Assembly: GCA_046538485.1 (NCBI GenBank) | Contig: JBKHIT010000017.1 | Span: 1 to 64,000 of the forward strand | Direction: 5' to 3' | DNA from: Candidatus Brocadiia bacterium | GTDB taxonomy: Bacteria > Planctomycetota > Brocadiia > SM23-32 | DNA length: 64,000 nt | Shown here: in pieces, positions 39,894 through 50,679 of the stretch | Position numbering within the stretch: position 1 is the first letter of the stretch | Layout: every line of letters begins with the position of its first letter | Translations under genes and position numbers: made by a program | The notes under the pieces: model-generated | Databases searched by the model: none | Seen by the model: the letters and a program-made list of their open reading frames with translations, nothing else | What the model was told of the DNA's origin: nothing

Positions 39894-42122
39894 TTATAGC
39901 TCCCACGTGCGCCACTCATTCGTCACGCAACGCGTTCTGTTGCCAACCGTAACATCACGTTGGTCACCATCGGTCTTCAGCTCTATCGTTTCGTGGGTTA
40001 AGCGTACGAAAATCCGGCTTCCTCTGAATTTGATACGGAACGCAAGACTATCCCACTGCTCAGGCAACGACGGATCGAACACCGGGATTCCTTCTCGTAA
40101 TATGAAGCCGCCGAAACCATGAACAAGAGCCTGCCATGTCCCTCCCAGCGACGCTGCGTGGATACCGGTGTCGTTTTCAGCGTATTCACCAAAATCCAGT
40201 TCGGCATCACGTATAAAAAGATCATACGCCCGCTCGAGGCGTCCCACCCGAGCACCGAGAGCGGCATAAATACTACGACTCAAACTTGAAGCGTGCGTCG
40301 AACGCGCCTCGTAGTAATCAAACCCTTTCCTGCGGGTCTCTTCCGAAAAATCATCCGGGAAAAGATAATACAAGAGCACCGTATCGGCCTGTTTGCTTAA
40401 TTGTGTGGGTTTCATGCTGTGAAGAACGGGACCGGTAAACATTTTTTGAGTCATATCTCGATCCGGACGTTCGTCCTTCAGATCGAAGAAACCTTCAAAT
40501 TGCTCGTGGATTCCTTTTTCATCGTCAAACGGAACGTAAAACTGATCCGCCATTTCCCGCCAGAGCGCGGTCTCATCGGACTCGATATCCAATTCCTGCC
40601 CCACGGATAAAGCCCCATTGGTCTCCTGCAATTCGTCAATTGCGTCGGCCGCCCGCTTGAGATTCCAGGCCGCAAGGTAATTGGTCAAGGCATTATTGTC
40701 GATGCCTGTGTGAATTTCGTCGGTCCCGGTAATATTTAAGATTACATACGCCCCTTTCTCTTCATCCCATTCTGCTCGGTCCACCCAGTATCTCGCCGCT
40801 TCCACTACCAGCGGAATGCCACAGTTCGCGAAGAATTCGGGCGCGTTCACAGCAGACTGATAACGATCAACGGCGTATGCGATGTCGGCCTGGAGATGAT
40901 CCTGCCAACCCAATCCACCGTAGCTGCGTTCTTTCGCGTCTATTGAAGTATTCCACGGAAATCGCGCTCCCTTCATATTCATCTCGCGCGCATTTTCCCG
41001 TGCATCCGGCAGAAATCGGCAACGGTAGCTGAGAAGCGCTTGAGCCACCGCCGGCCGCGTATAGAGGAAAAATGGAAAGAGGTAAATCTCAGTATCCCAA
41101 AAAATAAGTCCTTTATAGCCGTTGCCGTGGAGCCCTTTGGCGCCGATGCTGACGGTATCATCGTCGATCCCGAGGGAATTAAGATGAAAGATATTGAACC
41201 GTACGGCTTTTTGGGCTCGCGGATCGCCTTCGATAATAACATCCGTGTCATCCCACAGTCTTTTCCATGCATCAACATGTTCCCGCACCAGTTCCCCGCA
41301 GGTGAGACCTGATATCGCGTCAAGCTCCTCTTTCGTAATTTCAGGGACAACGGCACAATCGCGGGAGTTGTAAAAAGCTGCCCGTTTCTCAAAACCAATC
41401 GGCTCTCCTTCAGGAAGCTCAAAGGTCATGGTTTCCGATAGCTTATCTTCCTGCACTCGACTGGAACGTTCTGCTTCAGACTCGACGCAAAGCTGAGTTG
41501 CGCAGGCCACTTCAATTTCTGACTCCGCTGTCACAGTTGAAAGAAAAATGCCGTTCTGCCCCATGTCCGCCACGCTCATTTTGGCGTAGTGGCTCGTCTC
41601 CGAACTCGAACCATACTTCGTTTTCCACCCATCTATTTCGCTGGTCAACCGCGTGTGCCCGGTGTAATTGACAGCCGTGAGCCGCCCCCAGACCAGACCA
41701 CAGTGGCGCCGTGCCAAATGTATCAAACGTGCACTCTCCCAACGTGTTTCCCGTCTGGCATCATCTCGCCACAGCACATTTGTCCAGAGAATGCCCTGTT
41801 TCATGTCGAGTGCCCGGGAATATTCGAGGATTTCCCCGCTTCGAAGATCAAAATCGAAGCCGTCCATGTTTGCATTCAGCCCGATCCAGCAGGGCAAATT
41901 GACAATTTCATACTGGTGGCCGGCAAGATCGTAAACTCCCGCCATGTAGAACCCTGGATCCCCCAGATTAATGTTGAACGGAAGACTTCCCCGTAACCCC
42001 CCATAACCATTAGCAAGGGCAAAAATTGTTTCGTAATGCTGAATCTCAAAAGGTTCAAATTTTTCTTCCAAAATCAGCCATTCGGATGGAGCCGGTTTAC
42101 AAACCGTATCAAATCCCAGCAT
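39894..42122 (-). CDS. Glycoside hydrolase family 65 (kojibiose/maltose phosphorylase-like)
   Basis: ETIFALANGY.G.RG, AKGLHGNGYKG.IFWDTE, GTDEIH, KQAD, THASSLS, GIHAASLGGTW. Confidence 0.92.
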   Translation of the reverse strand: MLGFDTVCKPAPSEWLILEEKFEPFEIQHYETIFALANGYGGLRGSLPFNINLGDPGFYMAGVYDLAGHQYEIVNLPCWIGLNANMDGFDFDLRSGEILEYSRALDMKQGILWTNVLWRDDARRETRWESARLIHLARRHCGLVWGRLTAVNYTGHTRLTSEIDGWKTKYGSSSETSHYAKMSVADMGQNGIFLSTVTAESEIEVACATQLCVESEAERSSRVQEDKLSETMTFELPEGEPIGFEKRAAFYNSRDCAVVPEITKEELDAISGLTCGELVREHVDAWKRLWDDTDVIIEGDPRAQKAVRFNIFHLNSLGIDDDTVSIGAKGLHGNGYKGLIFWDTEIYLFPFFLYTRPAVAQALLSYRCRFLPDARENAREMNMKGARFPWNTSIDAKERSYGGLGWQDHLQADIAYAVDRYQSAVNAPEFFANCGIPLVVEAARYWVDRAEWDEEKGAYVILNITGTDEIHTGIDNNALTNYLAAWNLKRAADAIDELQETNGALSVGQELDIESDETALWREMADQFYVPFDDEKGIHEQFEGFFDLKDERPDRDMTQKMFTGPVLHSMKPTQLSKQADTVLLYYLFPDDFSEETRRKGFDYYEARSTHASSLSRSIYAALGARVGRLERAYDLFIRDAELDFGEYAENDTGIHAASLGGTWQALVHGFGGFILREGIPVFDPSLPEQWDSLAFRIKFRGSRIFVRLTHETIELKTDGDQRDVTVGNRTRCVTNEWRTWEL

Positions 42123-42362
42123 GTGTTTTATATCTCCGCTATTCAAGGGAAAACTCCAGAGGAAGTATACCATCGCGGTGCCTTCTTGCCAAAAGACACT
42201 ACTGGTCTGTTCCACTTGGTTTTGTGTGTTCAGCAGGACGTCGGCGGTTTTTTCTTGTCGCCGTATTGCCCTTAGCAAACAAATATGATAGAATGGGTAA
42301 CAGTTATGTGGCAATACAGTCCGTCGCATATTTCTTTCATCTTGATGTAAGGGAGGACGAGA

Positions 42363-42530
42363 ATGTACAGGTTAGTTATCGCAGTCGCTGTTTTGGCGCT
42401 AAGCTGGGGTGTTGTAGGTTGCGACAGGGAAGAACCGGCAGAAACCACATCCCCAACGGTAGAAGAGGAAGTTGAAGAAACTGCGGAAGAAGAAATTGAA
42501 GAAACTACGGAAGAAGACGTTACTGAGTAA
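42363..42530 (+). CDS. Small acidic lipoprotein (55 aa), absent from the ORF track
   Basis: RBS gggagg; MYRLVIAVAVLALSWGVVG-C lipobox, then a Glu/Thr-rich tail; followed by a terminator. Confidence 0.75.
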   Translation: MYRLVIAVAVLALSWGVVGCDREEPAETTSPTVEEEVEETAEEEIEETTEEDVTE

Positions 42531-42555
42531 CTGAACAATCTCGCAAATTACATAA

Positions 42556-42608
42556 TGGGGCTGCAGCCGTCAGGTCACGTATTATCGGCTGCGGCCCCTT
42601 GTTTTTTG
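42556..42608. terminator. Intrinsic terminator between the lipoprotein gene and the convergent metW
   Basis: ggggctgcagccg...cggctgcggcccc stem followed by ttgtttttt. Confidence 0.65.
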
Positions 42609-42617
42609 CAACTGGCA

Positions 42618-43265
42618 TTATGCGCCTACCGAACGATTCATCCCCTCAATGGTTTCGTTCATAGTTTCAGTTTGATGCTTTTCGATCACGAATGTCGCAC
42701 TGGCAGCGAGAAAATTGGCGACCAGTTTAGGGATACGCTGATACGTAGCAGTAAAAAACGCCGCGTCAATGATACGGTAATGCCGCGCTGTGCAGAACTC
42801 GCGGAAATCTTTCACCGTCAGTACTCGCAGGTTGGGCGTATTATACCAGTTATAGCGAAGAACTTTCGTCTTGGGAGCTCGGCCTTTCAGCAGCAATTGA
42901 AGACGGATCGACCACTGTCCGAAGTTGGGGAAACTGATAATGGCCCTTCTTCCCACCCGCAACATTTCTTCCACTATGCGCACGGGCTTAAGAGTCTGCT
43001 GGAGAGTCTGGCTCAGAACAACACAATCGAAACTGCCGTTGGCAAACATACCCATCCCTTCAAGCATGTCCCCATGATAGACCGACACACCGCGTCGGAT
43101 GCAGGAACGCACGGCCGCTTCGTCAATATCTATACCGCACGCATCAACATCTTTGTCCTCGGAGAGACGTTCAATCAACGAACCATCCCCGCAACCCAAA
43201 TCCAGCACCCGGGATTGGGAAGGCACGTGCGCCTCAATGTAGCGATAATCTCCGCGTTCCAGCAT
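42618..43265 (-). CDS. metW: Methionine biosynthesis protein MetW
   Basis: RVLDLGCGDG, VVLSQTLQ, ISFPNFG, WYNTPN; follows metX. Confidence 0.92.
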   Translation of the reverse strand: MLERGDYRYIEAHVPSQSRVLDLGCGDGSLIERLSEDKDVDACGIDIDEAAVRSCIRRGVSVYHGDMLEGMGMFANGSFDCVVLSQTLQQTLKPVRIVEEMLRVGRRAIISFPNFGQWSIRLQLLLKGRAPKTKVLRYNWYNTPNLRVLTVKDFREFCTARHYRIIDAAFFTATYQRIPKLVANFLAASATFVIEKHQTETMNETIEGMNRSVGA

Positions 43266-43300
43266 CAGTAGTCCTCAAAATGCTACCGGTTATTCTCCGC

Positions 43301-44452
43301 TCAAATCTCGTCCTGCATATTACGCAGAAAACTGCTGATAACCTCCTCGAGCCGGCTATTCTTGATTAAGAAGACATCATGGCCGTAAGGCGATTCCATT
43401 TCGCAATAGCTTGCTCTGACACCGTTGGTCTGTAAGGCCCGCACGATCTGCCGGGATTGATAAGCCGGGAAAAGCCAGTCCCCTGTAAAAGAAAGCACCA
43501 AGAACCGACTTTTCATATCCGCGAAAGCTGAGACGAGCGATCCGAAGTCGGTAACCAAATCGAAATAATCCATCGCTTTGGTAATATAAAGGTAGCTGTT
43601 GGCATCAAAGCGCTCCACAAATTTCCCGCCTTGATGTCGCAGATAGCTTTCAACCCGGAAGTCAGGCGGGCCAAAATCGTACCCAACGTCCTCCCGTCCC
43701 TGAAGTCTTCTGCCAAATTTCTCGTGCATAGACTCATCGCTGAGATACGTAATGTGACCAATCATTCGAGCCACAGCGAGACCACGATCCGGCGGTTCGG
43801 CGTTGTAATAGTCGCCACCGTTCCATTTCGGATCGGCGTAGATGGCCTGGCGCCCCACTTCATCGAATGCGATCGCCTGCGCGCTCAGCCTGGCAGCCGT
43901 CGCGATCGGTATCGCAGAATATACCATTTCGGGATATTCAATAACCCACCGCAATACCTGCATTCCCCCAAATGAACCACCGATCACACAAAGAAGACGG
44001 TCCAGACCCAAATGTTCTGTCACCAACGCGTGCTGGACCTTCACCATATCTTGAACAGTCACCATGGGGAAATTCAGCCCATACGGTTCACACGTTGAAG
44101 GATTAAGCGATGCCGGGCCAGTGCTACCTTTGCAACCTCCGATGATATTGGAACAAATAATGAAATAGCGGTCCGTATCGATCGGTTTCCCCGGCCCCAC
44201 CATCAGATCCCACCAGCCCTTTTTGCGGTCATCGGGAGAGTGGCGGCCGGCCACATGAGCGTCACCGGAAAGTGCATGGCAAATCAGAATCGCGTTATCG
44301 CGTTCCGGAGCCAGCTCGCCGTAGGTTTCATAAGCCACGTCTATCGGTCCGAGCCTGGCCCCACAGCGCAGTTCTCGTTCCTCAGGAGGGTGAGCAAACC
44401 GCCACGATTGAGCCTTAACAATCATGCGTGTAACATTCTCCTCCCTCGGCAA
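43301..44452 (-). CDS. metX: Homoserine O-acetyltransferase
   Basis: YETYGEL, CHALSGDAH, GGSFGGMQ, RFDANSYLY, GHDVFL. Confidence 0.95.
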   Translation of the reverse strand: MPREENVTRMIVKAQSWRFAHPPEERELRCGARLGPIDVAYETYGELAPERDNAILICHALSGDAHVAGRHSPDDRKKGWWDLMVGPGKPIDTDRYFIICSNIIGGCKGSTGPASLNPSTCEPYGLNFPMVTVQDMVKVQHALVTEHLGLDRLLCVIGGSFGGMQVLRWVIEYPEMVYSAIPIATAARLSAQAIAFDEVGRQAIYADPKWNGGDYYNAEPPDRGLAVARMIGHITYLSDESMHEKFGRRLQGREDVGYDFGPPDFRVESYLRHQGGKFVERFDANSYLYITKAMDYFDLVTDFGSLVSAFADMKSRFLVLSFTGDWLFPAYQSRQIVRALQTNGVRASYCEMESPYGHDVFLIKNSRLEEVISSFLRNMQDEI

Positions 44453-44536
44453 TCACGAACCGCCATTTGCTCGCGGGGCAACTATGGGAACACCAAGCCA
44501 ACGGTGGCATGTCATACGACTCATATGTGTACAATC

Positions 44537-45856
44537 TTATGGAATCCTCTTATTTGGTGTACAGCCTGACTGCAGATCCAGAGCCTGATCCAGATCGGAT
44601 TTGATATCTTCCACGTCCTCGATGCCCACCGAAAGCCGCACAAAATCCTCCGTCACACCAGACTGATCGAGTTCTTCAGCACTGAGCTGCTGGTGCGTGG
44701 TACTGGCGGGGTGGATCGCGAGCGTCCTGGCATCCCCGATATTCGCAAGATGGCTGACGGTCTGGAGGTTATCGATGAAGCGTCGGCTGGCCTCCCGCCC
44801 GCCTTCCACCCCGAAACCGATCATACCACCGAACCCCCCATCGAGATATCGGGCCGCGAGTTCGTGTGTCGGGTGATCCGCCAACCCGGGATAATTCACC
44901 CAGCTGACGCCGTCATGATCGGAGAGAAATGAAGCAATTTCCGCCGCATTCTCGCAGTGGCGTGGCATGCGAACGTGGAGCGTCTCGATTCCCTGGATGA
45001 TAAGAAACGCGTTTTGCGGGCTAATACAGCCGCCCAGATCACGCAGTATCCGGCACCGCGCCCGCATGATGTAAGCGGCTTCCTCGAACCGTTCGGTGAA
45101 ACTCACCCCATGGTAGGCGGGGTCCGGCTCGACCATCTCGTCGAACCGCCCACTGTCTTTCCAATCGAAATGTCCTCCGTCGACAAGCACCCCGCCGATA
45201 CTGGTCCCGTGGCCACCCAGATACTTTGTCAGTGAGTGCACAACAATATCCGCTCCGTGCTCGAGCGGCCGGCAGAGCCACGGGCTTGCCATCGTATTGT
45301 CCACCATCAGCGGAATCCCGTGTTCGTGGGCCACATCGGCCAGAGCGCACAGATCCGGTACCGTCAGCCGGGGGTTGCCGAGCGTTTCGGTGTAGACGAG
45401 TTTCGTCCGATCCGTGATTGCCTCCGCAAATTCCGCCGGGGCATCCGTATCGGTAAAGGTCGTTTCAATCCCGAATTTATCTGGAAACGTCTGGCTGAAC
45501 AGTGTGTATGTCCCTCCGTAGAGTCCGCTGGAAGCCACGATATGATCGCCGTGGCCCATCATCGTCAGGCAGCCGGCGTTTATGGCTGCCATTCCGCTGG
45601 CGAAGGCGAGCCCTCCGACGCCCCCTTCGAGCATAGAGACGCGCTTCTCAAGTACTTCCGTCGTTGGATTCATCAATCGCGTGTAAATGTAGCCCGGTTC
45701 CTCCAGCGCAAAAAGTCTTGCCGCGTGGTCGCTATCCTCGAAAAGGTACGAAGTTGTCTGGTAGATCGGCACGGCGCGGGCGCCGGTGTCAGTGTCAGGC
45801 GTATGACCCCCGAGCAGGCAGGCCGTGTCAAACTTCAGTTCGGGACTTTCGTCCAT
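44537..45856 (-). CDS. metY: O-acetylhomoserine aminocarboxypropyltransferase/sulfhydrylase
   Basis: [46 protein letters not shown]. Confidence 0.93.
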   Translation of the reverse strand: MDESPELKFDTACLLGGHTPDTDTGARAVPIYQTTSYLFEDSDHAARLFALEEPGYIYTRLMNPTTEVLEKRVSMLEGGVGGLAFASGMAAINAGCLTMMGHGDHIVASSGLYGGTYTLFSQTFPDKFGIETTFTDTDAPAEFAEAITDRTKLVYTETLGNPRLTVPDLCALADVAHEHGIPLMVDNTMASPWLCRPLEHGADIVVHSLTKYLGGHGTSIGGVLVDGGHFDWKDSGRFDEMVEPDPAYHGVSFTERFEEAAYIMRARCRILRDLGGCISPQNAFLIIQGIETLHVRMPRHCENAAEIASFLSDHDGVSWVNYPGLADHPTHELAARYLDGGFGGMIGFGVEGGREASRRFIDNLQTVSHLANIGDARTLAIHPASTTHQQLSAEELDQSGVTEDFVRLSVGIEDVEDIKSDLDQALDLQSGCTPNKRIP

Positions 45857-45892
45857 CGTATTCTCTCCTCAAAAGAAAGTGGGTTCTCGTTT

Positions 45893-46911
45893 CTAATTAC
45901 CCACGTAGCGACTGTAAAATTGCCGGGCGACCGATTGGTCGGAAGTTCCCTGCACAATGGCCCGCCCGTTGGGAAAAATCGTCATCGTGAGAGCATCATT
46001 TTCAATCGTCAGCAGATAGCCGTTGTAGTTGCAGTCGCAGCTCGATTTCAGTCTCTCGAGCAATTTATTCAAAGACAGTTTCTTCTGTTCCTCAGGCACA
46101 ATCTGAACAGCTTCCCGACCGCAGAGCGCCCCTGCACTGGAACCTTTATTCCCGTTCAAAAAGTCGAACCGGAGGTGCCCGCAGACAGGGCATTCGGCTC
46201 TTTTTTCCACTTTCACTGTTTCGAAAGTTCCCCGCCATACATCGCCCGTCACGAGTCCGGGGTCGCCGAAAGTTTCCGTAGCGAGCAGGCGGAGGGCGAA
46301 AGCTGCTTCGAGCGCCCCGACCAGTCCGGGGGCGGGATTAATCACACCGGCAGAATCGCACGTGGGCAGACTCCCGGGATTCGGCTCCCCGGGCATCATA
46401 CATCGCAGACACCCGGACTGCCCCGGTCGCACGGGCATAACCGAAAAAGACGCGCCGACGGCACCGGCGTAAATCCAGGGGATACCCAGCTTGACGGCTA
46501 CATCATTGATCAGAAGACGGGTCTCAAAATTGTCGGTCCCGTCCAGAATCACCGTATACCCCTTGAGAAGTTTTTCCGCATTCGGCGAACGCAGGTCTTC
46601 GACCCGTGGGTCCAGCTTGACCTCCGAGTTGATGGAGCCGAGCGTTTTTGCTGCGGCCACGGCTTTTGGCAACTGGTCCTGCGCGTGGTCCTCATTGAAA
46701 AGAGGCTGACGGTGCAGATTCTGGCCCTGCACAAAATCCCGGTCAATAATTCTCAGTTCCCCGATCCCGGCGCGGGTCAGGCTCTCGCAGCGACAGTGCC
46801 GCCGACCGCTCCGCAGCCGACGACAACCGCGGACGCGGCGGAAATCCTCCGTCGCCCTTCACGGCCAATCGGGTCGAATAAGATCTGTTTTCTGTAGCGT
46901 TCTTCAATCAT
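45893..46911 (-). pseudogene. ThiF/MoeB family adenylyltransferase, frameshifted near 46787
   Basis: N-terminal part ERYRKQILF..VVVGCGAVG in one frame; ESLTRAGIG..IDRDFV..NLHRQ, TDNFETR, CLRC, TCDSAG, CPVC in another. Removing 2 nt gives a 338-aa ORF. Confidence 0.88.
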
Positions 46912-47335
46912 GCTGGGAGTCGGCGTCAGCCTCGTCTCCTGACTCGGAGGTATCTTTATCTTCACCGCGGTAATTCAAAACGGCGGCTTCCAGCGCTTCT
47001 TCAGCCAGCACAGAGCAGTGCTTTTTCTGCGCGGGCAGTCCACCCAGAGCTTCGGTGACCGCTTCATTGGAGACGGTGAGAGCCTCTTCAATGGTCTTTC
47101 CTTTCACCATTTCGGTCATGATGCTGCTGGTGGCGATGGCGGCCGCGCAGCCGAAGGTCTGGAACTTAACGTCGACGATGCGTTCTTCATTGACCTTGAT
47201 GTAGATTTTCATGACGTCCCCGCAGACGGGGTTACCGACCTCCCCCACCCCGTCAGCGTCTTCCAGCTGACCGATGTTTTTGGGGTTCATGAAATGTTCC
47301 ATTACTTTTTCAGTGTAACTCAACTCAGGTGTCAT
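46904..47335 (-). CDS. nifU: Fe-S cluster scaffold, NifU/IscU family
   Basis: [36 protein letters not shown]. Confidence 0.93.
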   Translation of the reverse strand: MTPELSYTEKVMEHFMNPKNIGQLEDADGVGEVGNPVCGDVMKIYIKVNEERIVDVKFQTFGCAAAIATSSIMTEMVKGKTIEEALTVSNEAVTEALGGLPAQKKHCSVLAEEALEAAVLNYRGEDKDTSESGDEADADSQHD

Positions 47336-48197
47336 TTTTTTCTCCCCTTGGTTCGGCATCTTTATTTTTGAGCACTTCATTCATACTTCCCGTCCGGTAG
47401 CCTTCCAGATCCACCGCGACGTAGGTGAATCCGATCTTGTTGAGTTCCCGCGCGATTTCATTTTTGAGCGGCGAAGCGCTCAGTTCGGGCACCTTTTCCG
47501 GAATAACCTCAATCCGGGCGACATCTCCGTGGCTGCGCACCCTGCACTGCTGAAAACCCTTCTCTCGCAGGACCTTTTCCGCCTTTTCGACGCGCTGCAT
47601 CTTTTCTTCTGTGATTTCCTCTCCGTAGGGAAATCGTGATGCCAGGCACGCCATTGAGGGTTTATCCCAGGTCGGCAATCCCATACGTTTTGACAATTTT
47701 CGAATTTCATCTTTCTCGATTTCAGCTTCCTCAAGCGGGCTTCGCACACCGAGTTCACGGGCCGCGCGCCGTCCGGGTCGGTGATCGGAAAGATCGTCCA
47801 CATTGCTGGCATCGGCCACCCATTGAATACCCCGTTCTCGGGCCATAGAGAGCAGTTCGCCGAACAGCTCTATTTTGCAGTGATAGCACCGTTCCGGCGA
47901 ATTTTGACGAAATTCTTCGTTTTCCAGTTCCGAACTCTCAATCATGACATGTTCGACCCCAATCGACTCCGCCAGCCGGCAGGCCTGCTCGCACTCCTCA
48001 TCGCTGTAAGGAGCCGAGGTCGCCGTAACGGCCAGAACCTCAACGTCATCGATGTCAGCGGCAACTTTCACCAGGAAGGTACTGTCGACCCCGCCTGAGA
48101 AGGCGATCAACACGCTTCCCATTTCCTGCAGAATTTGTCGGAGGTGCCTTAGCTTGCTCTCGCAGGCAGGTCCTCCACTTTTTTCCTGTTTCGTCAC
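47325..48197 (-). CDS. larE: LarE family ATP-dependent sulfur transferase, three-Cys ([4Fe-4S]) type
   Basis: [46 protein letters not shown]. Confidence 0.88.
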   Translation of the reverse strand: MTKQEKSGGPACESKLRHLRQILQEMGSVLIAFSGGVDSTFLVKVAADIDDVEVLAVTATSAPYSDEECEQACRLAESIGVEHVMIESSELENEEFRQNSPERCYHCKIELFGELLSMARERGIQWVADASNVDDLSDHRPGRRAARELGVRSPLEEAEIEKDEIRKLSKRMGLPTWDKPSMACLASRFPYGEEITEEKMQRVEKAEKVLREKGFQQCRVRSHGDVARIEVIPEKVPELSASPLKNEIARELNKIGFTYVAVDLEGYRTGSMNEVLKNKDAEPRGEKNDT

Positions 48198-48247
48198 GGC
48201 TCGTTCTCTCCTTTCAGCCTCCTCCGTTTTACCATCGGATCGCGCGG

Positions 48248-49162
48248 TCAGCTCGGGACGGCCTCAACCATTCTGTCAACGGCTTTCCGGGCCTGATGCC
48301 GGATCTTTTGGGGTACTTCGACCTGGTAGCGCATTTCTTCCAGCGACCAGAGAATCTTCTGAAGGTCTATCTGTTTCATATTCGGGCATATAGCCGCCTC
48401 GGAGACTGAGTAGAAGCGCTTCTCCGGATTTTCATCTCGCAGACGGTAGATAAGACCGATTTCCGTGCCAACAATCATTTCTTCTGCTTCACTCTCCCGG
48501 GCACGTCGACACATCCCCCCGGTCGATTCGACATAATCGGCCCGCCCACGCACGTCGGGGCGACACTCGGGATGCACCATTACTTCGGCGTCCGGATGTT
48601 CGGCGAGCCGTCTCTCTATATCTTCAACCAGAATTCGGGCGTGCGTTGGACAGTAGCCGTGATGCAGGATCAAGTCCCGGCCGGTCTGCTCCTGGACATA
48701 AGATCCCAGGTGCTGATCGGGAACGAAAATGACGGGGCGTCCGGGCGGTATACTGTTGACCACATCGACGGCATTGGCCGAGGTGCAACAGTAATCGCTC
48801 TCCGCTTTCATCGCCGCACTCGAGTTGACGTATGTAACGACAACCGCGTCGGGATTCTCACGTTTCATCTGACGCAATTTCTCCACGGGACACATCCCGA
48901 CCATCGGGCATCCAACGTTTTCCGCGGGGACAAGAACAGTTTTATCCGGACTGAGAATCGAGGCCGTTTCGGCCATAAATCGCACGCCGCAAAAGACGAT
49001 GACGGTCGCTTCGGTCTCGGCGGCTTCCCGGCTCAACCCGAGGGAATCCCCCCGAAAATCGGCGATGTCCTGCACCTCGGGCAGCTGGTAGTTGTGAGCC
49101 AGAATGATGGCGTCACGCTCGGTCCGGAGTTTTTGTATCTGTTTTTGGATCGTTTCCTGCAT
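48248..49162 (-). CDS. nadA: Quinolinate synthase A
   Basis: ILAHNYQ, FCGVRFMAETA, GCPM, YVNSSA, CTSAN, HPEC, CPNMK. Confidence 0.96.
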   Translation of the reverse strand: MQETIQKQIQKLRTERDAIILAHNYQLPEVQDIADFRGDSLGLSREAAETEATVIVFCGVRFMAETASILSPDKTVLVPAENVGCPMVGMCPVEKLRQMKRENPDAVVVTYVNSSAAMKAESDYCCTSANAVDVVNSIPPGRPVIFVPDQHLGSYVQEQTGRDLILHHGYCPTHARILVEDIERRLAEHPDAEVMVHPECRPDVRGRADYVESTGGMCRRARESEAEEMIVGTEIGLIYRLRDENPEKRFYSVSEAAICPNMKQIDLQKILWSLEEMRYQVEVPQKIRHQARKAVDRMVEAVPS

Positions 49163-49166
49163 GATC

Positions 49167-50342
49167 TTACTCCTGGTCGGATTTTTTGTACAGAGGCGAC
49201 ATGTCTCGCAATCTCCGAACGATCGGCGGAAGGGCTTCGATGACCCTGTCGATCTCCTCTTCTGTGTTGTCGCGGCCCAGGGAAAACCGGAGGCTACCGT
49301 GCGCAACAGCGGGATCGAGTCCCATAGCGGTGAGTACGTGGGAGGGATCGAGCGAGCCGGAAGTGCACGCCGAACCGGTGGAGACGGCGATGCCCTGGCT
49401 GTCGAGGGTCAACAACATCGACTCGCCTTCTACAAACTCGAAGCTGATGTTCAAGATATTGGGCAGCCGGCGTTCTGGATGTCCGTTCAGGTAGGAATCT
49501 TCGATCGTATCCAGCAGTTTTTTTTCAAGTCGATCTCGCAGTCCGGCAAGTCGAGTGGACTGTTCTTCACGCTCCTCCTCGACCAGGCGAATCGCTTCGC
49601 CCAGTCCGACGGCTGAGGCAACGTTCTCTGTGCCGGACCGTTTGTTACGTTCGTGGTGGCCTCCAAAAAAGAGCGGGGAAAACCGCGTCCCTTTCCGGAC
49701 ATACAGCGCGCCGACACCTTTCGGGCCGTAAATCTTGTGGCCGGAAATTGATAGCAAATCCACACCGAGCTCATCAACAGCCACCGGTATCTTCCCGACG
49801 GCCTGCACGGCGTCGGTATGAACGAACACATTAGAGTCCCTGGCCAGCTCAGATATCTGCTTCAGCGGTTGTATCGTCCCCACTTCATTATTGGCCAGCA
49901 TGACACTCACCAGCACCGTGTCCTCATCCAGCGCGTCTTTCAGAGCATCCAGTTCAACGATCCCGTCCGAATCAACCGGCAGGACCGTGAGGCGGTATCC
50001 CTCCTTCTCCAGGTGCTCCGCGCAGCTCAGCACGGCATGGTGCTCGATGGAAGAGGTGATCAGGTGCGGGTCGGATTCCCCGGAGGCGCGCATAATCCCC
50101 TGGAGGGCAAGGTTGTCGCTCTCGGTCCCGCCACTGGTAAAATATATTTCTTCGGGAGATGCCCCGATAGCCGAGGCGACGTGGCGCCGGGCATCCTCGA
50201 GCGCCTTGCGCGCGTCCTGTCCGAACTTGTGGACGCTTGAGGCGTTTCCAAAGACCTCCGTGTAGTAGGGGACCATGGCGTCGACGACTTTGGGACGCAC
50301 CGGGGTTGTAGCCGCGTGATCAAGGTATATTTTGTCGCTCAT
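49167..50342 (-). CDS. nifS: Cysteine desulfurase, NifS/IscS family
   Basis: YLDHAATTP, FTSGGTESDN, HTDAVQ, SGHKIYGPKG, STGSACTSG. Confidence 0.95.
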   Translation of the reverse strand: MSDKIYLDHAATTPVRPKVVDAMVPYYTEVFGNASSVHKFGQDARKALEDARRHVASAIGASPEEIYFTSGGTESDNLALQGIMRASGESDPHLITSSIEHHAVLSCAEHLEKEGYRLTVLPVDSDGIVELDALKDALDEDTVLVSVMLANNEVGTIQPLKQISELARDSNVFVHTDAVQAVGKIPVAVDELGVDLLSISGHKIYGPKGVGALYVRKGTRFSPLFFGGHHERNKRSGTENVASAVGLGEAIRLVEEEREEQSTRLAGLRDRLEKKLLDTIEDSYLNGHPERRLPNILNISFEFVEGESMLLTLDSQGIAVSTGSACTSGSLDPSHVLTAMGLDPAVAHGSLRFSLGRDNTEEEIDRVIEALPPIVRRLRDMSPLYKKSDQE

Positions 50343-50433
50343 TTGTGTCTCCTTTTCCCGAACAAAACCGCGTTATTCAAACCTGTGAGAGGATCTCAAT
50401 CTGAGCCAGTCAGCAAATTATGGGAAGTCTTAT

Positions 50434-50679
50434 TTATCCTCCGCTGACAGGTACCACAAACAGCACGGAAGCATCGTTTGGGACCGCCACTGTTTTCCAG
50501 TTTTGTCCCGCCGCAACTCCGTTCACAAAAGCGATGGCCAGCTGATCTTTCTCCAGGGAATCAACTTCGCTTCTCAGCAACTCGTCCCGCACATCCGCGA
50601 GGGTCTTGCCCTCGACTTCAAGACTTTTCTCGGTGTTATCGACTGCTGGCATGCCCATAACTTGAACTCTAACGGTCAT
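50434..50679 (-). CDS. MoaD/ThiS family ubiquitin-like sulfur carrier (81 aa)
   Basis: Beta-grasp pattern, AFVNG, C-terminal PVSGG-stop; ATGA overlap with the upstream stop. Confidence 0.88.
   Translation of the reverse strand: MTVRVQVMGMPAVDNTEKSLEVEGKTLADVRDELLRSEVDSLEKDQLAIAFVNGVAAGQNWKTVAVPNDASVLFVVPVSGG

Noticed and set aside
46777..46779. TGA in thiF as selenocysteine or readthrough
   Set aside because: Homology continues in a different frame, so this is a frameshift rather than an in-frame stop.
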